Source: Eledone cirrhosa
Taxonomy: Eukaryota
Length of the DNA stretch: 64,000 bases
Reading direction: 5' to 3'
Assembly (NCBI GenBank): GCA_964016885.1
Contig: CAXHJY010001609.1
Coordinates: 62,001-126,000 of the forward strand
Below the pieces are notes generated by a model. It did not search any database, had not been told where the DNA came from, and worked only from the letters and a program-made list of their open reading frames with translations. Within the stretch, counting starts at the first letter, position 1. Each line of letters opens with the position of its first letter. The position numbers and the translations under genes are program-made. Positions 25,577 to 37,873 of the stretch are shown here, piece by piece.

Positions 25577-26834
25577 ATTGCAGGCAATAACGGAGGAGTT
25601 TAAGACCGGATGCCCATGGGAACTCCTGTATGCTGATGACCTCGCACTCATAGCTGAATCTATGGTAGAACTAGAGAATAAATTCCAAACCTGGAAGCAG
25701 GGACTAGAGAGAAAGGGCCTCAAAGTCAACATGACAAAGACTAAGGTCCTTATAAGTAGACGAGAAAACAGAACCCAGATCCCCTCAGGGAAATGGCCTT
25801 GCTCAGTATGTAGGAAAGGTGTAGGTAGGAACTCCATTCTCTGCCCCAAATACACAAGAGATGTAGCGGGATCTCAGGAAGCTTAATTAAGAATGTAGGA
25901 TTCACATGCAGCAGCTGTGCTGAAACAGCAAGCAAACAGCCACAGGAAACAAGTACCACCAATCTCTGGGAGGGCCCTGTAGAAACAGTAGACAGCTTCT
26001 GCTACCTAGGTGACCGAATTAGCAACGGAGGTGGGTGCTCAGAAAGTACAATAACTAGAGTAAGAACGGGATGGAAGAAGTTTAGGGAACTACTACCACT
26101 GCTAGCTGCAAAAGGCTTCTCCCTCAGAATGAAAGGCAGACTGTATGATGCGTGTATCCGAACAGCGATGTTGCATGGTAGTGAGACCTGGGCGCTGAAG
26201 GTGGAAGACTTATGTAGATTAGAGAGAAACGTAGCCTGCATGCTCCGATGGATGTGTAACAGTAATATACGTGAACGACAAAGCATAAAGGAATTGAGAG
26301 AGAGACTGAGCATAAGAGGAATCAAATGCTGCGTGCAGGAGAGGCAGTTACGCTGGTATGGACATGCGATGCGTATGAAGGATGACAGCTGCATAAAAAG
26401 GTGCAGAGCACTAGAAGTTGATGGAAACCGCGGAGTGGGGAGACCCAAGATGACTTGGGATGAGGTGATAAAAGCCGACCTTACCCAACTACACCTCTCA
26501 AAGTCAATGACACACAACCGTGACTTCTGGCGTCACGCAGTAATACAGGGTACCCGACCTCCCATGGGTACATGCTGAAGCATATAAACAATATGCCCCC
26601 CCCCCCCCACCGCAAGGTGGTCGTGGAGGTGCCACAGCAAAAAAGCACCCAGCCCACACTGTAAATGAGGTTGGTGTTAGGAAGGGCATCCAGCTGTAGA
26701 AATCAAGCCAGATCAGTTCCTGTATGAGCAAGGCATGGTCAGCCGACCAGACACTGCCCACAACAGGACAACCCGTCTAACCCATGCTAGCGTGGAAGAA
26801 CGGACGTAAAACGGTGATGATGATGATGATGATG
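25577..26834 (+). mobile_element. 5'-truncated RTE LINE with long 3' UTR
   Basis: ORFs 25578-25886 (LYADD) and 26129-26578. 3' UTR with GTTAGGAAGGGCATCC, (TGA)n tail, and (TA)n at the 5' junction. Confidence 0.9.
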
Positions 26835-26839
26835 ATACA

Positions 26840-27347
26840 TAGATGCATATGAAGAATGACAGCTGCATTAACAGGTGCAGAGTTCTAAAAGTCGATGTCA
26901 GCCATGGAGTGGGGAGAACCAGGAAAATCTGAGATGAGGTGATAAAAGCTGACCTTGCCCAATTGTGCCTCTCAAATACAATGACACAGGACCGTGACCT
27001 CTGATGTCAGTCGGTAATACTGAAGACCCGACTTCACACGGGTACAAGCCGAAGCTGAAGCATATAGACAATATCTCCCCAACCCTACCCACTGCAAAAA
27101 TGGTCATGGAGATATCACGACAAAAAAAGCACCCAGCCCACACTGTAAAGTAGTCGTGTAGATACCATGGTAAAAAAAGCACCCACCACTCACTGTAAAT
27201 GAGGTTTTGTGTTAGGAAGGGCATCCAGCTGTAGAAATCAAGCCAAAATCAGTTACCTGACCTGGTATTGCCCACAACAGGACAACCCGTCTAACTTATG
27301 CTAGCGTGGAAGAATGGAGGGAAAACCGTGATGATGATGATGATGAT
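26840..27347 (+). mobile_element. Older RTE 3' fragment shared by both duplication copies (paralog 44455-44961)
   Basis: C-terminal coding remnant, 3' UTR with a duplicated aaaaaagcaccca module, and (GAT)n tail. Confidence 0.85.
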
Positions 27348-27457
27348 AAGTATAAGATAAGGATTTTTCAAGCTTCACATTTCATATACTTCAGTCCAGA
27401 GTGTGTCTGTATATTTGTGTGTTTCACATTTCAGAGTCATGGGGTTTATCGCAAGTG

Positions 27458-27958
27458 TTAACTACGTAGGTGAACAACTAGTGACGAATTCTGAGAGAAA
27501 GATTTCCCACATATTTCACATGAATAAGGTTTTTCACAAGTGTGTTTTCTTTTGTGTTTTACAAGATGAGAACTATTAGAAAAAGATTTCCCACATATTT
27601 CACAATGGAAGGGTTTTTCACCCGTGTGTGTTCTTTTGTGAACTACAAGTGTAGAATTACTAGAAAAAGATTTCCCACATATTTCACATGAATAAGGTTT
27701 TTTTTCACCAGTGTGTATTCTTTTGTGTTTTACAAGATTAGCAACATGAGGAAAAGAGTTCCCACATATTTCACATGCAAAAGGTTTTTCTCCAGTGTGT
27801 GTTCTTATATGCCTTTTTAAATCACTGTTCAAGACAAAAGATTTCCCACATATTTCACAATGGAAGGGTTTTTCTCCTGTGTGTATTTTCTCGTGTGAGG
27901 ATAGTTTCAGTTTTGAAGAGAAAGTTTTCCTACAAATCTCACAGCTATATTCAGACAT
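27458..27958 (-). CDS. C2H2 zinc-finger ORF, type B, 6 fingers (last one truncated)
   Basis: 166 aa of tandem C2H2 units with TGEKP linkers and no effector domain. The stop precedes the last His. Confidence 0.7.
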   Translation of the reverse strand: MSEYSCEICRKTFSSKLKLSSHEKIHTGEKPFHCEICGKSFVLNSDLKRHIRTHTGEKPFACEICGNSFPHVANLVKHKRIHTGEKKPYSCEICGKSFSSNSTLVVHKRTHTGEKPFHCEICGKSFSNSSHLVKHKRKHTCEKPYSCEICGKSFSQNSSLVVHLRS

Positions 27959-29159
27959 ATTTCTAGCTAGTGATATTTACATAAAGAATTCTCACTACTT
28001 TTACTGATACATTAAGAAATGTAGGTATCGTTAATAGATGCCATGTATTCTAATATACAAAGGGTCCATAAAAGACTGCAGAAGTCTGCTTCTTCTTCTA
28101 CAAGTTGTAATGTAGCATTTAGTTGGTAAAGTAATAAGACATATGTCAGTGTAAGACTGATCTTGGATGAAGAAAAGGCAAGTGGCTATATATATGTGTG
28201 TGTGTGTGTGTGTTTGATTATTGTGGAATATACCACTATTATTATTGTTAAGGTGAGAGAAGCTCTATTCACAATAAAATCCTCAGCTCATAAAACAGAC
28301 GAATAAGACTTCTGTAGTTAAGGTTCTTGTTATTGGGGACAATTCAGGTGACAAGAGAATTAATATCCATAATTACAAAAGACGAAGGTTAATATATATA
28401 CATATATATATACAGACATACAGTGTGTAGGTATGAGAGATAGAAATAGACGTGTGTGTGTGTAGAAATATGTGTGTAGGTGTTGTAATAAATCAAGATA
28501 TTTCACTTCAGATAGAAAAGTTCACAATGTTTGTGTTGTGGTGGAAAAGGAAATAATACGTACTTTAGTTGTCAAGACCAAATATAAAGTCAAGAAAAGT
28601 TAGTAAAAACTAAATGTTCACTGATTTCTGATTAAAATAATATTTTCCTGTCCTGTAAAATGTTGAACAACCACTTCAATATTTAATAATACAGGTGATA
28701 AAACAACAACTATAAGGTAAATAAGTCACCTTATGTTATTTACAAACATTAACGTCCACCTTAATATGAAATAATCACCATAAAAGATAAAATTAGATGA
28801 GGTTTAAGTTGTAAAAATGGAGCTGATATAAATGGTAATATTTCACCGTCTAGTTGACACCGGTGTCATGACTTTAAAGTCCCCTACATAATTTAATACA
28901 TTCAGAAACAACTTCCGTTATATGAACTTGCAGAAAACCACTCGAAGGTAGCATGTGTAGTGTGTATATTGATATTATACGCAGGTATATACGATACATG
29001 TATATATATACCTGCGTATAATATCAATATACACACTACACATGCTAGCTTCGGGTGGTTTTCTGATAGCATGTGTAGTGTGTATATTGATATTATACGC
29101 AAGTATATATATATACAGGTAGATATGATACATCAAATAAAATTGTAATTTACAATATA

Positions 29160-29545
29160 TCATTGTTTCTACGTTAGGCACAAGTCCAGCACAAACCAGT
29201 GTATTACTGGTACTTTATTTTATCGACCCCGTAAGGATGAAAGGCAAAGTTAACATCGGCGGGATTTGAACTCAGAATGGCAAGGGCCGTAACTCTATGC
29301 GTCAAAGCATGGCATCCGACCCTCAACCAATACTGCCAATCCACCGCCTTGACACTATATAATTGTTTCTACTTTTGGCACAAGGCCAGCAATTACCCAG
29401 TGCATTACTGGTACTTTATTTTATCGACCCCGTAAGGATGAAAGGCAAAGTCAACCTCGGCGGGATTTGAACTCAGATCGTAAAGGGACGTAACTATGCT
29501 GGAAAGCATGGCGTCCGACCCTCTACCGATACTGCCAATCCACTA
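29160..29545 (-). mobile_element. Two tandem family 1 SINE copies
   Basis: Two full units, each ending ...tactgccaatccac. The paralogous site at 47005-47195 has a single copy. Confidence 0.8.
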
Positions 29546-29697
29546 TAATACACAGAAATTGAACGAAGACTGTGTTACACTGTCTTATGTAATCAGTAAC
29601 GTAACCCATGATACATTAAAAAAGACGATATTATATATAAACTGCATTAGGAGAAAATTAGTGACAGAAAATTAATAGTTTATTGAAGTGATGGCCA

Positions 29698-29707
29698 ACC
29701 GGAAGTG
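29698..29707. promoter_or_regulatory. ETS-family consensus site upstream of ZNF type B (paralog 47359-47368)
   Basis: Perfect ACCGGAAGTG in very AT-rich sequence, ~1.7 kb upstream of the ORF. Motif match only. Confidence 0.35.
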
Positions 29708-31022
29708 TTGACATTTCAGAAATTTTAAAGAAGTGAATCTTTAAATAAACAAAATATATTTAACCAACAGCCACGAAATTTAGTAGATAAATTATGTAAT
29801 ATTCATTCATTATTTATTCAAAGTAATCCAACTTATTTTACTAATGGGATAAACAATTATAAACCGTACGCAGTCCCACGCTCCTCCTTTTATTATAATT
29901 TAGATTCATACGTTCAATAGATATGCTAGTACTTTATTCAGATTTGAATAAATAACGTTATTAATGTTATATAACTGTTCATATTAAACCAAAACACATT
30001 ATTAAAGGTAATAAAATATTTAAGTAATGGGTAAAAAAAAATCGAATCAAATAACGAAAATAATTGTTTCTACTTTTGGCACAAGGCCAGTAATTATCCC
30101 AGTGTATTACTGGTACTTTATCTTATCGATCTCGTAATGATGAAATGCAAAATTAACTCTGGCGGGATTTGAACTCAGATCATAAAGGGAGGAAACTCTA
30201 TGCTACAAAGTATGGCGTCCGACGCTCTACCAATACTGCCAATCCAACAAAAATAACGGGAGAGGGACAGACTTTATATTTCAGTCTGAGCTGTGATGTA
30301 GCCCCACCCTACAGACAAAATGACAAAGGTGTTACCACAGAGAATAGCCAGAGACACCCACTACAACATCCACCCCACCTCATGGGACTACTTCCTCAAG
30401 TGGGCTGCTGTCTTTCTAATTTTGAGAAGGAAATCAGCAGTGTGGGGACAGAGAGGAAGTGGTTTGTCAGGCCCCAGTATTTAACTATCTCCCTCTTCTC
30501 TCTATTGCAGGTAGTAAACCTGGGTTTGTGGCCGCAGTGAAAATGTTGGAGGCAGAGAATGATACAACCCATGCTAAACCTCCAACTAAAGCTGATACTT
30601 GTCTTTTTCAGCTGTGGAGATTAGAGACATGTGGAATGATGTGTCTTGCTTAAGGACACAATGTACCTCCCTAACTGACAATTGAAAACATGATATTACC
30701 ATATGTTGTATGACTTCACTATACAATATATATGTGTTTGTATACATATATATAGTATATATTTGTGTGAATACATTGTCTCATTCCATGAGAGTAACTT
30801 GGTCAGCCTATGAACTCCTCATCCGACCCTTCTATATGTATATACATATTTGTCAGTGTGTGTGTACATATGTATATAGAATATTGTCACAACTACTATA
30901 CACACCACATATACACTATATATAATATCGTCCAATATATATAGACTATATGTCATGTTGTCCAAGGGAAAGGCTGATATAGATCAGCACCAGTGACATT
31001 ACAACTATTATATACACTATAT

Positions 31023-34000
31023 ATCATCATCATCGTAATCATTTAACGTCAATCTTCAACGCTAGCATGGGTTAGACGGGAATTGTCCTACTTCAGGCAG
31101 GATTTATCGAGTGACCGTGTCTGGCTCGTATAGGACTGTATCTGGCAGATTTTCTACAGCTGGATGCCCTTCCTAACACCAACCAGATTTCCAGTGTGGA
31201 CTGGGAGTCTTTTCGTGATGACACCTATACAACCTCTTTAGTTTGGACTGGATGTTGTGGCACCAACATAACTTTACAGAGACAGGGTGGTGTTGGTGGA
31301 AGTGGGAGCATGGAGTAGGGTGTGTGGGTTGGGTGTATATTTGGTTAGGAGGGTCCTACTGACTGTAGGTTAACTTTGCACATAGGGAAGGCAGGTCTTC
31401 TCTGTTACTGTGTGGTGCCATAGATCTCGATCCAGTGACATTGTCTAAGAGAGGTGTAAGTGTGCAAGGTTGGATTTTATGTCCTCCCATGTTTTTCTGG
31501 GTCTACCTACTCCATAACTTCCATCAATTTTGATCACCCTGCACTTTTTTATATAGATGTCATCTTTCATGCTCATCACATGACCATACCAATGTAATCT
31601 TCTCTCAAGTAAACAGCATCTGATCCCTCTTATGCCTAATTCTCACTTAGTTTGTTTATGTTTTGCCGTTCATGTATATTACAATTACACGTCCAACGGA
31701 ACATGCATGCTTCATTCCTTTCCAATCTGCGCAGGTCCTCTGCACACAATGCCCCTGACTCACTGCCATGTAACATTGCTGTTCATATGCACGCATCATA
31801 CAATCTGCCTTTCATTTTTAGAGAAACTTTTTGTGTCCAGCAGCGGTATTAGCTCTCTCGTTCTAACTCTTGCTACTACACTTTCAGAGCACCCTCCACC
31901 ACTGCTGATTTTGTCACCCAGGCAATGGAAAGTGTCCACTATTTCTATAGAACCATCTGGGCAGGAGAAGGTGCTAGTATCCTGTGGGTACTTGCTGCTT
32001 ATTTCACCTGAGCATCGGCCACATATAAAATCTACATTCTTAGATAGCTTACCTGTGATCTCACTACATCTTTTATGTACCCATAGTTTGCATTTGGAAC
32101 ATAGAATGGAATTTCTACCTACTCCTTTCCTACACACTGAGCATGGCACCAGTGCCCTATTTTCTTTTCTACATACTAGACCTTTAGTCTTAGACAAGTT
32201 AACTTTAAGGCCTTTTGATTCAAGGCTATGCCTCCATTTGGGGAATTTCTTCTCTAGTTCAGCCATAGATTCGGCTAGGAGAGTTAGATCATCTGCATAT
32301 AAAAGTTCCCATGGGCAACTGGTCTTAAACCCCTCTGTTATAGCTTGAAGGGCAATAATAAACAGGAGGAAGCTAAGGATGGGGCCTTGCTGAACAACTA
32401 CTTTTCCGCTAAATTCTTCACTATATTCATTGTTAATTCTAACCTTACTGACTGTTTCTTTATACATGGCTTGTATAGCTCTCACAAGCCATTCATCTAC
32501 TCCTACATGTCTAAGGGCCCACCAGATAATGGAGCGGAGGACTCTGTCAAAGGCTTTCTCCAAGTCAACAAAAGCTAAGTATAAGGGGTTTACTTTTAGC
32601 TAGCTATTTCTCCTGTAGTTGCTGTACAGGAAAAAAGCAGCTGTGGTACTTTTACCTGGCAGGAACCTAAACTGCATTTCATCTAGATCTATTCTGTCTC
32701 TGATTAGTTGTGCTATAACTCTTTCTGTGACCTTCATGACCTGGTCAACTACCTTAATGCCTCTATAGTTTCCCCTATCTAGAGCATCCCCTTTACCCTT
32801 GTAGCAGTTAACGATGATACTTCTATGCCAGTCATCTGGTATGACCCCATTCTGTATTACTTGGTTTACTATCTGGGTGTCCATAGTATGTTCCACCATT
32901 CCAGATGCTTTCAACATCTCAACAACTATATCCAAATCCCAGCTGCCTTGCCCGTCTTCATATCTTTGATTGCCTTACTTACTATACTACCATTAACTTG
33001 CACTGCTGGTCCCTCTATTGGATCGATTTGGGGTAGACTATCTTTTTTCTCATTTATTCTCCTCTTTTAGTAGTCCCTCGTAGTGACACTTCCAAGCTAC
33101 CTTCTTATCAGTATCAGTGAGGGCAAGTACACCATCATCATTACAGACACACTTCTCCCCAACAATATCACAGTTTTCCTTGACACTTTCTTTTGCGATC
33201 CTGAACACCTCACGTTGTAGAACATGCTTGAACTTTCTATTCTCTGCTTCCCTTCTTGCAGAGTACACTTGTCTCCTAGCTTCTCTCCTGGCCAGATGAT
33301 AGTGTTCTCTACTTCCCCCATACTTTCCAAGCCTTCTTTCTGGCCTTGATTGACTCCTCCACCTTACTGTTCCACTTCCAAGTTACTCTCCACCTGCCTT
33401 TAGGTCTGCTCCAGCCACAGATTTCATCTGTCGCCTGCAGCAGGTTAACTTTCAAGAAGTCCCACTGTTCCTCTATATTGCACGTCTCTAATTGCTCTTC
33501 CTTATTGTCAAAGGCATCAATAAGCTTTTAAATTTGTCACTGGCTATGGGGTCCTTCAACTTCCATACTCTTCTCCTCAAGGTAGGCCTCCTCTGTCGTC
33601 GAGTACCTCTATTCCTGACTGTGAGGTAACTAACTACTAGGCTATGTTGGGAGGTGCATTCTTCACGGGGGAGGGATTTAGTGTTTACAACAGACACAGT
33701 CACACCTTCTAGTAAGGATATAATATATCTGGCTGGCATATTCCCCTGATCTACAGGTGATCAAGTGGTTTTCTCATTTTTGAAGTTTGTGTTACAGATA
33801 GTTAGGTTATTAGTGTCACAAAATTCCAGGATCCTGAAGCCTTCCTCATTTCTAGTACCAAACCCATAGCCTCCATGGATTCCATCATAGCTATCACTAT
33901 GTTGTCCAACGTGACCTTTTAGGTCACCAGCAATAATTATGCAGTCACTGAGGTTTATTTGGGAGGAAGTGAACATTAGCAAATCATAGAACCTGTCTTT

Positions 34001-34200
34001 TATTACATCAGGTAGACCAGATTGGGGTACATAAATGGATATTATTGTCATAGTTGTTCTATTTAGAACTAGTCTTATTTTAATTATTCTGTTGTTAACT
34101 CTATTTATGGCAATTACCTTATCTACCCATTTCTCTGCTAACATAATTCCTACTCCACCCAGCCCTATGTCATTTCCCACCCAGAGAGGTTTATAGCATT
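31023..34200 (-). mobile_element. Near full-length decayed RTE LINE
   Basis: Collinear fragments: APE (GGVGIML, AGDLKGH), YKGKGDA..NYRGI, KAFDRV, LYADD, Cys-rich finger, 3' UTR and (CAT)n tail. Many frameshifts. Confidence 0.9.
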
Positions 34201-35713
34201 GTTTTTACTCACACACCCCTCCACCTACTCTCTTGAACATATAAATACTGTATATATATATATGATTTCTATATATATATATATTACATACATACACTAT
34301 ATATAATGTTGGTCAAAGAATGGCTGAAACAGATTGACACCAATGATGTCACAGCTCATCATTTAATGTCCAATCTGATGAGTTCCACTCCACTTGCTAA
34401 GATCTGGGATGTTGAGATTTGTTACACAAATATCACTAAAACTAAGATACTGGGTTGGTATAACTACATGGTTTGTATGTGGTGTGGTGTGGAATGATGT
34501 GTCTGTTGTGGTGTGGTATGTGGTGTATTGTGGTGTTTTGATGTGGTGTGTGTGTGCAGAGTGATGTGTTGTTGTGTGTGTGTAGTGTATTGGAGAAATT
34601 TTACAAACAGCACGTAGAAGGGGTGTGTGAGGAGTCTAACCGCTACAACCCTCTCAGGAATGGGTGAAGAAAAAGAGAAGAAAATTGTAAAGTATTTTCA
34701 AATGTGAATTATTTTTTAAAAAGTCATAATTTGAATTCTCATGAAAGTACCATCAACAAATATTAAAGTTATAAAATTGTTTTTATTTACACATAAATGT
34801 AGATATTTTGTCATAAATATAAACATAAACCAGTTAAGGTTTATAAAATAAACACATTGATCTTGTTGTTTTTATGATGTAGTTATAAGGGTGCCACTGT
34901 GGACATTTGAAGCTTGGTGGAGCCCTTCACTCACCAGGTTGGAACAGATGATTTCTTCCAGAGAAGGAGAGAGAATGAGAGAGAGGAAGTGAGAAAGAAA
35001 TATAGAGAGGATGAACAGACCCCAGTGGTAGACTGGTACTTTTTTGTTATCAACCTTGAATGGATGAAAGGCAAAGTTGACCTCAGCAGGATTTAAACTC
35101 AGAGAGCAGAGAACCAGAACAAATATGGCAGAAAGCATTCTATCTATTGTTTTATAGACTTTAAATAAATGTTTCTACTTTTAACTCAACCCCAGTGCAT
35201 TACTGGTACTTTATTTTACTGAACCTCTGAGGAAGAAAAGTAAAGCTAACCTCAGCAGGATTTTAATACAGAATGTAACGGGATGTAACTATATGACACA
35301 AAGCATATCGTTTGACACTCTACTGATTCTGCCAATCCACCACCCTCAACAATGAGGTGTCTCTATAAGAAACCTTAATGACAAATAATATGAAGTAGAA
35401 CTTTCTCCAGAGTGTATTTGTGGATTACAGTACAAATCCTCTGAGAATGATTTTCAACATATTTCACCATAATAAATGTTCATTAATATATATTATTATC
35501 ATTATCATTTATTAAGTCAGGTGGATTGGCCAGAACAATTCTACTCTCCTTCTTTAGATGTCACAATCTTCCATGGCATTCCTGAGATCATTAATCTCCA
35601 GCTGGACATCCTGTGACATCTGATCTATGTAGGTCAATCTCAGTCATCCCAATAGGGTCTTACAATGTTTAGGTATCCACCACAGGGCCCAGCTCATCAG
35701 GTTATCGTACCCT

Positions 35714-35758
<45 letters not shown>

Positions 35759-35849
35759 GACAGACACACATATATATATTTATTTTCTTCTTTCCAGAGT
35801 GTGTCTGTATATTTGTGTGTTTCACATTTGACAGTGATGGGGTTTATCA

Positions 35850-36353
35850 CTAGTGTTGACTACATTTGTGAACAACCAGCGAAGAATTCCATGTGAAAGA
35901 TTTCTCACATATTTCACAATGGAAGGGTTTTTCACCAGTGTGACTTTGTATGTGGATGACAAGATTAGAATTATAAGTGAAAGATTTCTCACATATTTCA
36001 CAATGGAAGGGTTTTTCTCCAGTGTGACTCCGTATATGGATGACAAGATTAGAATTATAAGTGAAAGATTTCTCACATATTTCACAATGGAAGGGTTTTT
36101 CACCAGTGTGACTCCGTATGTGGATGACAAGATTAGAATTATAAGTGAAAGATTTCTCACATATTTCACAATGGAAGGGTTTTTCTCCAGTGTGACTCCG
36201 TATGTGGATGACAAGATTAGAATTATCAGTAAAAGATTTCCCACATATTTCACAGTGGAAGGGTTTTTCTCCACTGTGTATTTTCTCGTGTGAGGATAGT
36301 TTCAGTTTTGAAGAGAAAGTTTTCCTGCAAATCTCACAGCTATATTCAGACAT
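35850..36353 (-). CDS. C2H2 zinc-finger ORF, type A, 6 fingers
   Basis: 167 aa with four near-identical FT(Y/D)NSNLVIH fingers. Paralog of 19348-19683. Confidence 0.7.
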   Translation of the reverse strand: MSEYSCEICRKTFSSKLKLSSHEKIHSGEKPFHCEICGKSFTDNSNLVIHIRSHTGEKPFHCEICEKSFTYNSNLVIHIRSHTGEKPFHCEICEKSFTYNSNLVIHIRSHTGEKPFHCEICEKSFTYNSNLVIHIQSHTGEKPFHCEICEKSFTWNSSLVVHKCSQH

Positions 36354-37834
36354 ATTTCTAGCTAGAGATCTTTACATAAAGGATTCTCACCATTTCTACT
36401 GATACATTAAGATATGTAGATATGGTTAATAGATGCCATGTAGTCTAATATACAAAGGATCCATAAAAGACTGCAGAACTCCGCTTTCTTCTTCTACAAA
36501 GTTGTAATGTGGCATTTAGTTGGTACAAGTAATAAGACATATGACAGCGTAAGACTGATCTTGGATGAAGAAAAAGCAAGTGCTTATATATATATATGAT
36601 GATGATGATGATGATGATATCATCATCATCATCACCGTTTTACATCCATTCCTAGGTTAGACGGGTTGTCCTGTTGTGGGCAGTGTCCGGTCAACTGACC
36701 TTGTCTTGCTCATACGGGAACTGATTCTGGCTTGATTTCTACAGCTGGATGCACTTCCTAACACCAACCTCATTTACAGTGAGTGCTAGGTGCTTTATAT
36801 ATATATGATTCTTGTGGAGTATTCCACTATTATTTTTGTTAAAGTGAGAGAAGCTCTATTCACAGTAAAATCCTCAGCTCATAAAACAGACGAATAAGAC
36901 TTCTATAGTTAAGGTTCTTGTTATTGAGGACAGTTCAGGTGACAAGAGAATTAATATCAATAATTTCAAAAGACGAATGTTAATATATATACATATATAT
37001 ATATACAGACATACAGTGTTTACGTATGAGAGAGAGAAATAAATAGGTGTGTGTTAAGAATATGTGTGTAGGTGTTGTAATGAGTCAAGATATTTCACTT
37101 GTATTGTGGTGGAAAACGAAATAATACGTACTTTAGTTGTCAAGACCAAATATAAAGTCAAGAAAAGTTAGTAAAAACTAAATGTTCACTGATTTCTGAT
37201 CATAAAAACATTTTCCTGTCCTGTAAAATGATCAGATGGCAGAAGTTGGGCAGTCTGCTGTTTCTTGTTATGTAATTCTACCAGAATCTCTTCAGGAGCC
37301 TTCGAGATGTTGGTCGAGGCAGTGTTGATCTGGTTCTCTATCAGTGTGGGTGTAATTCCAGTGATGTCCGAGTAGAGACTGTCGTAGTTGAGATATTGGT
37401 GGGCTCGGTTGTTGTAGGCCTCTCTGGTAATAACAAAATTATTTTCCCTTGTCCGATGAGAGGTATACAAGGTTCTTAGATCTGAGGTTAACTTAGGGTA
37501 GCGAGTTGTGGTCTGGAGAGGTTGTGGTGAGTATGTGTGTGTTTTTGTAGGATCTCGAGAATAAACTCTCACAGTTAAACTTACCATGACTAACATCCTA
37601 CAAAAACACACACATACTCCCCACAACCTCTCCAGAGGTGAAAGCAGTGATTCTTTGCTTAAACTTTAATCTGTTCTTATAATATATATATAATCAAGTG
37701 AAAAGATATATACATATATCTTTTCACTTGGTTATATATACAGAGAGAAAGAGCCACATATTGTATAGGATATATGATATATGGCTCTTTCTCTCGCTCT
37801 CTATATATATTTATATTTGAATTTGGTTGTTATG

Positions 37835-37873
<39 letters not shown>

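Larger units (their letters stand above)
17919..34367. repeat. Segmental tandem duplication, copy 1 (~16.4 kb)
   Basis: gtccaatctgatgagttccactccacttg occurs at 17919 and 34368. Collinear, highly similar sequence follows both. Confidence 0.9.
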
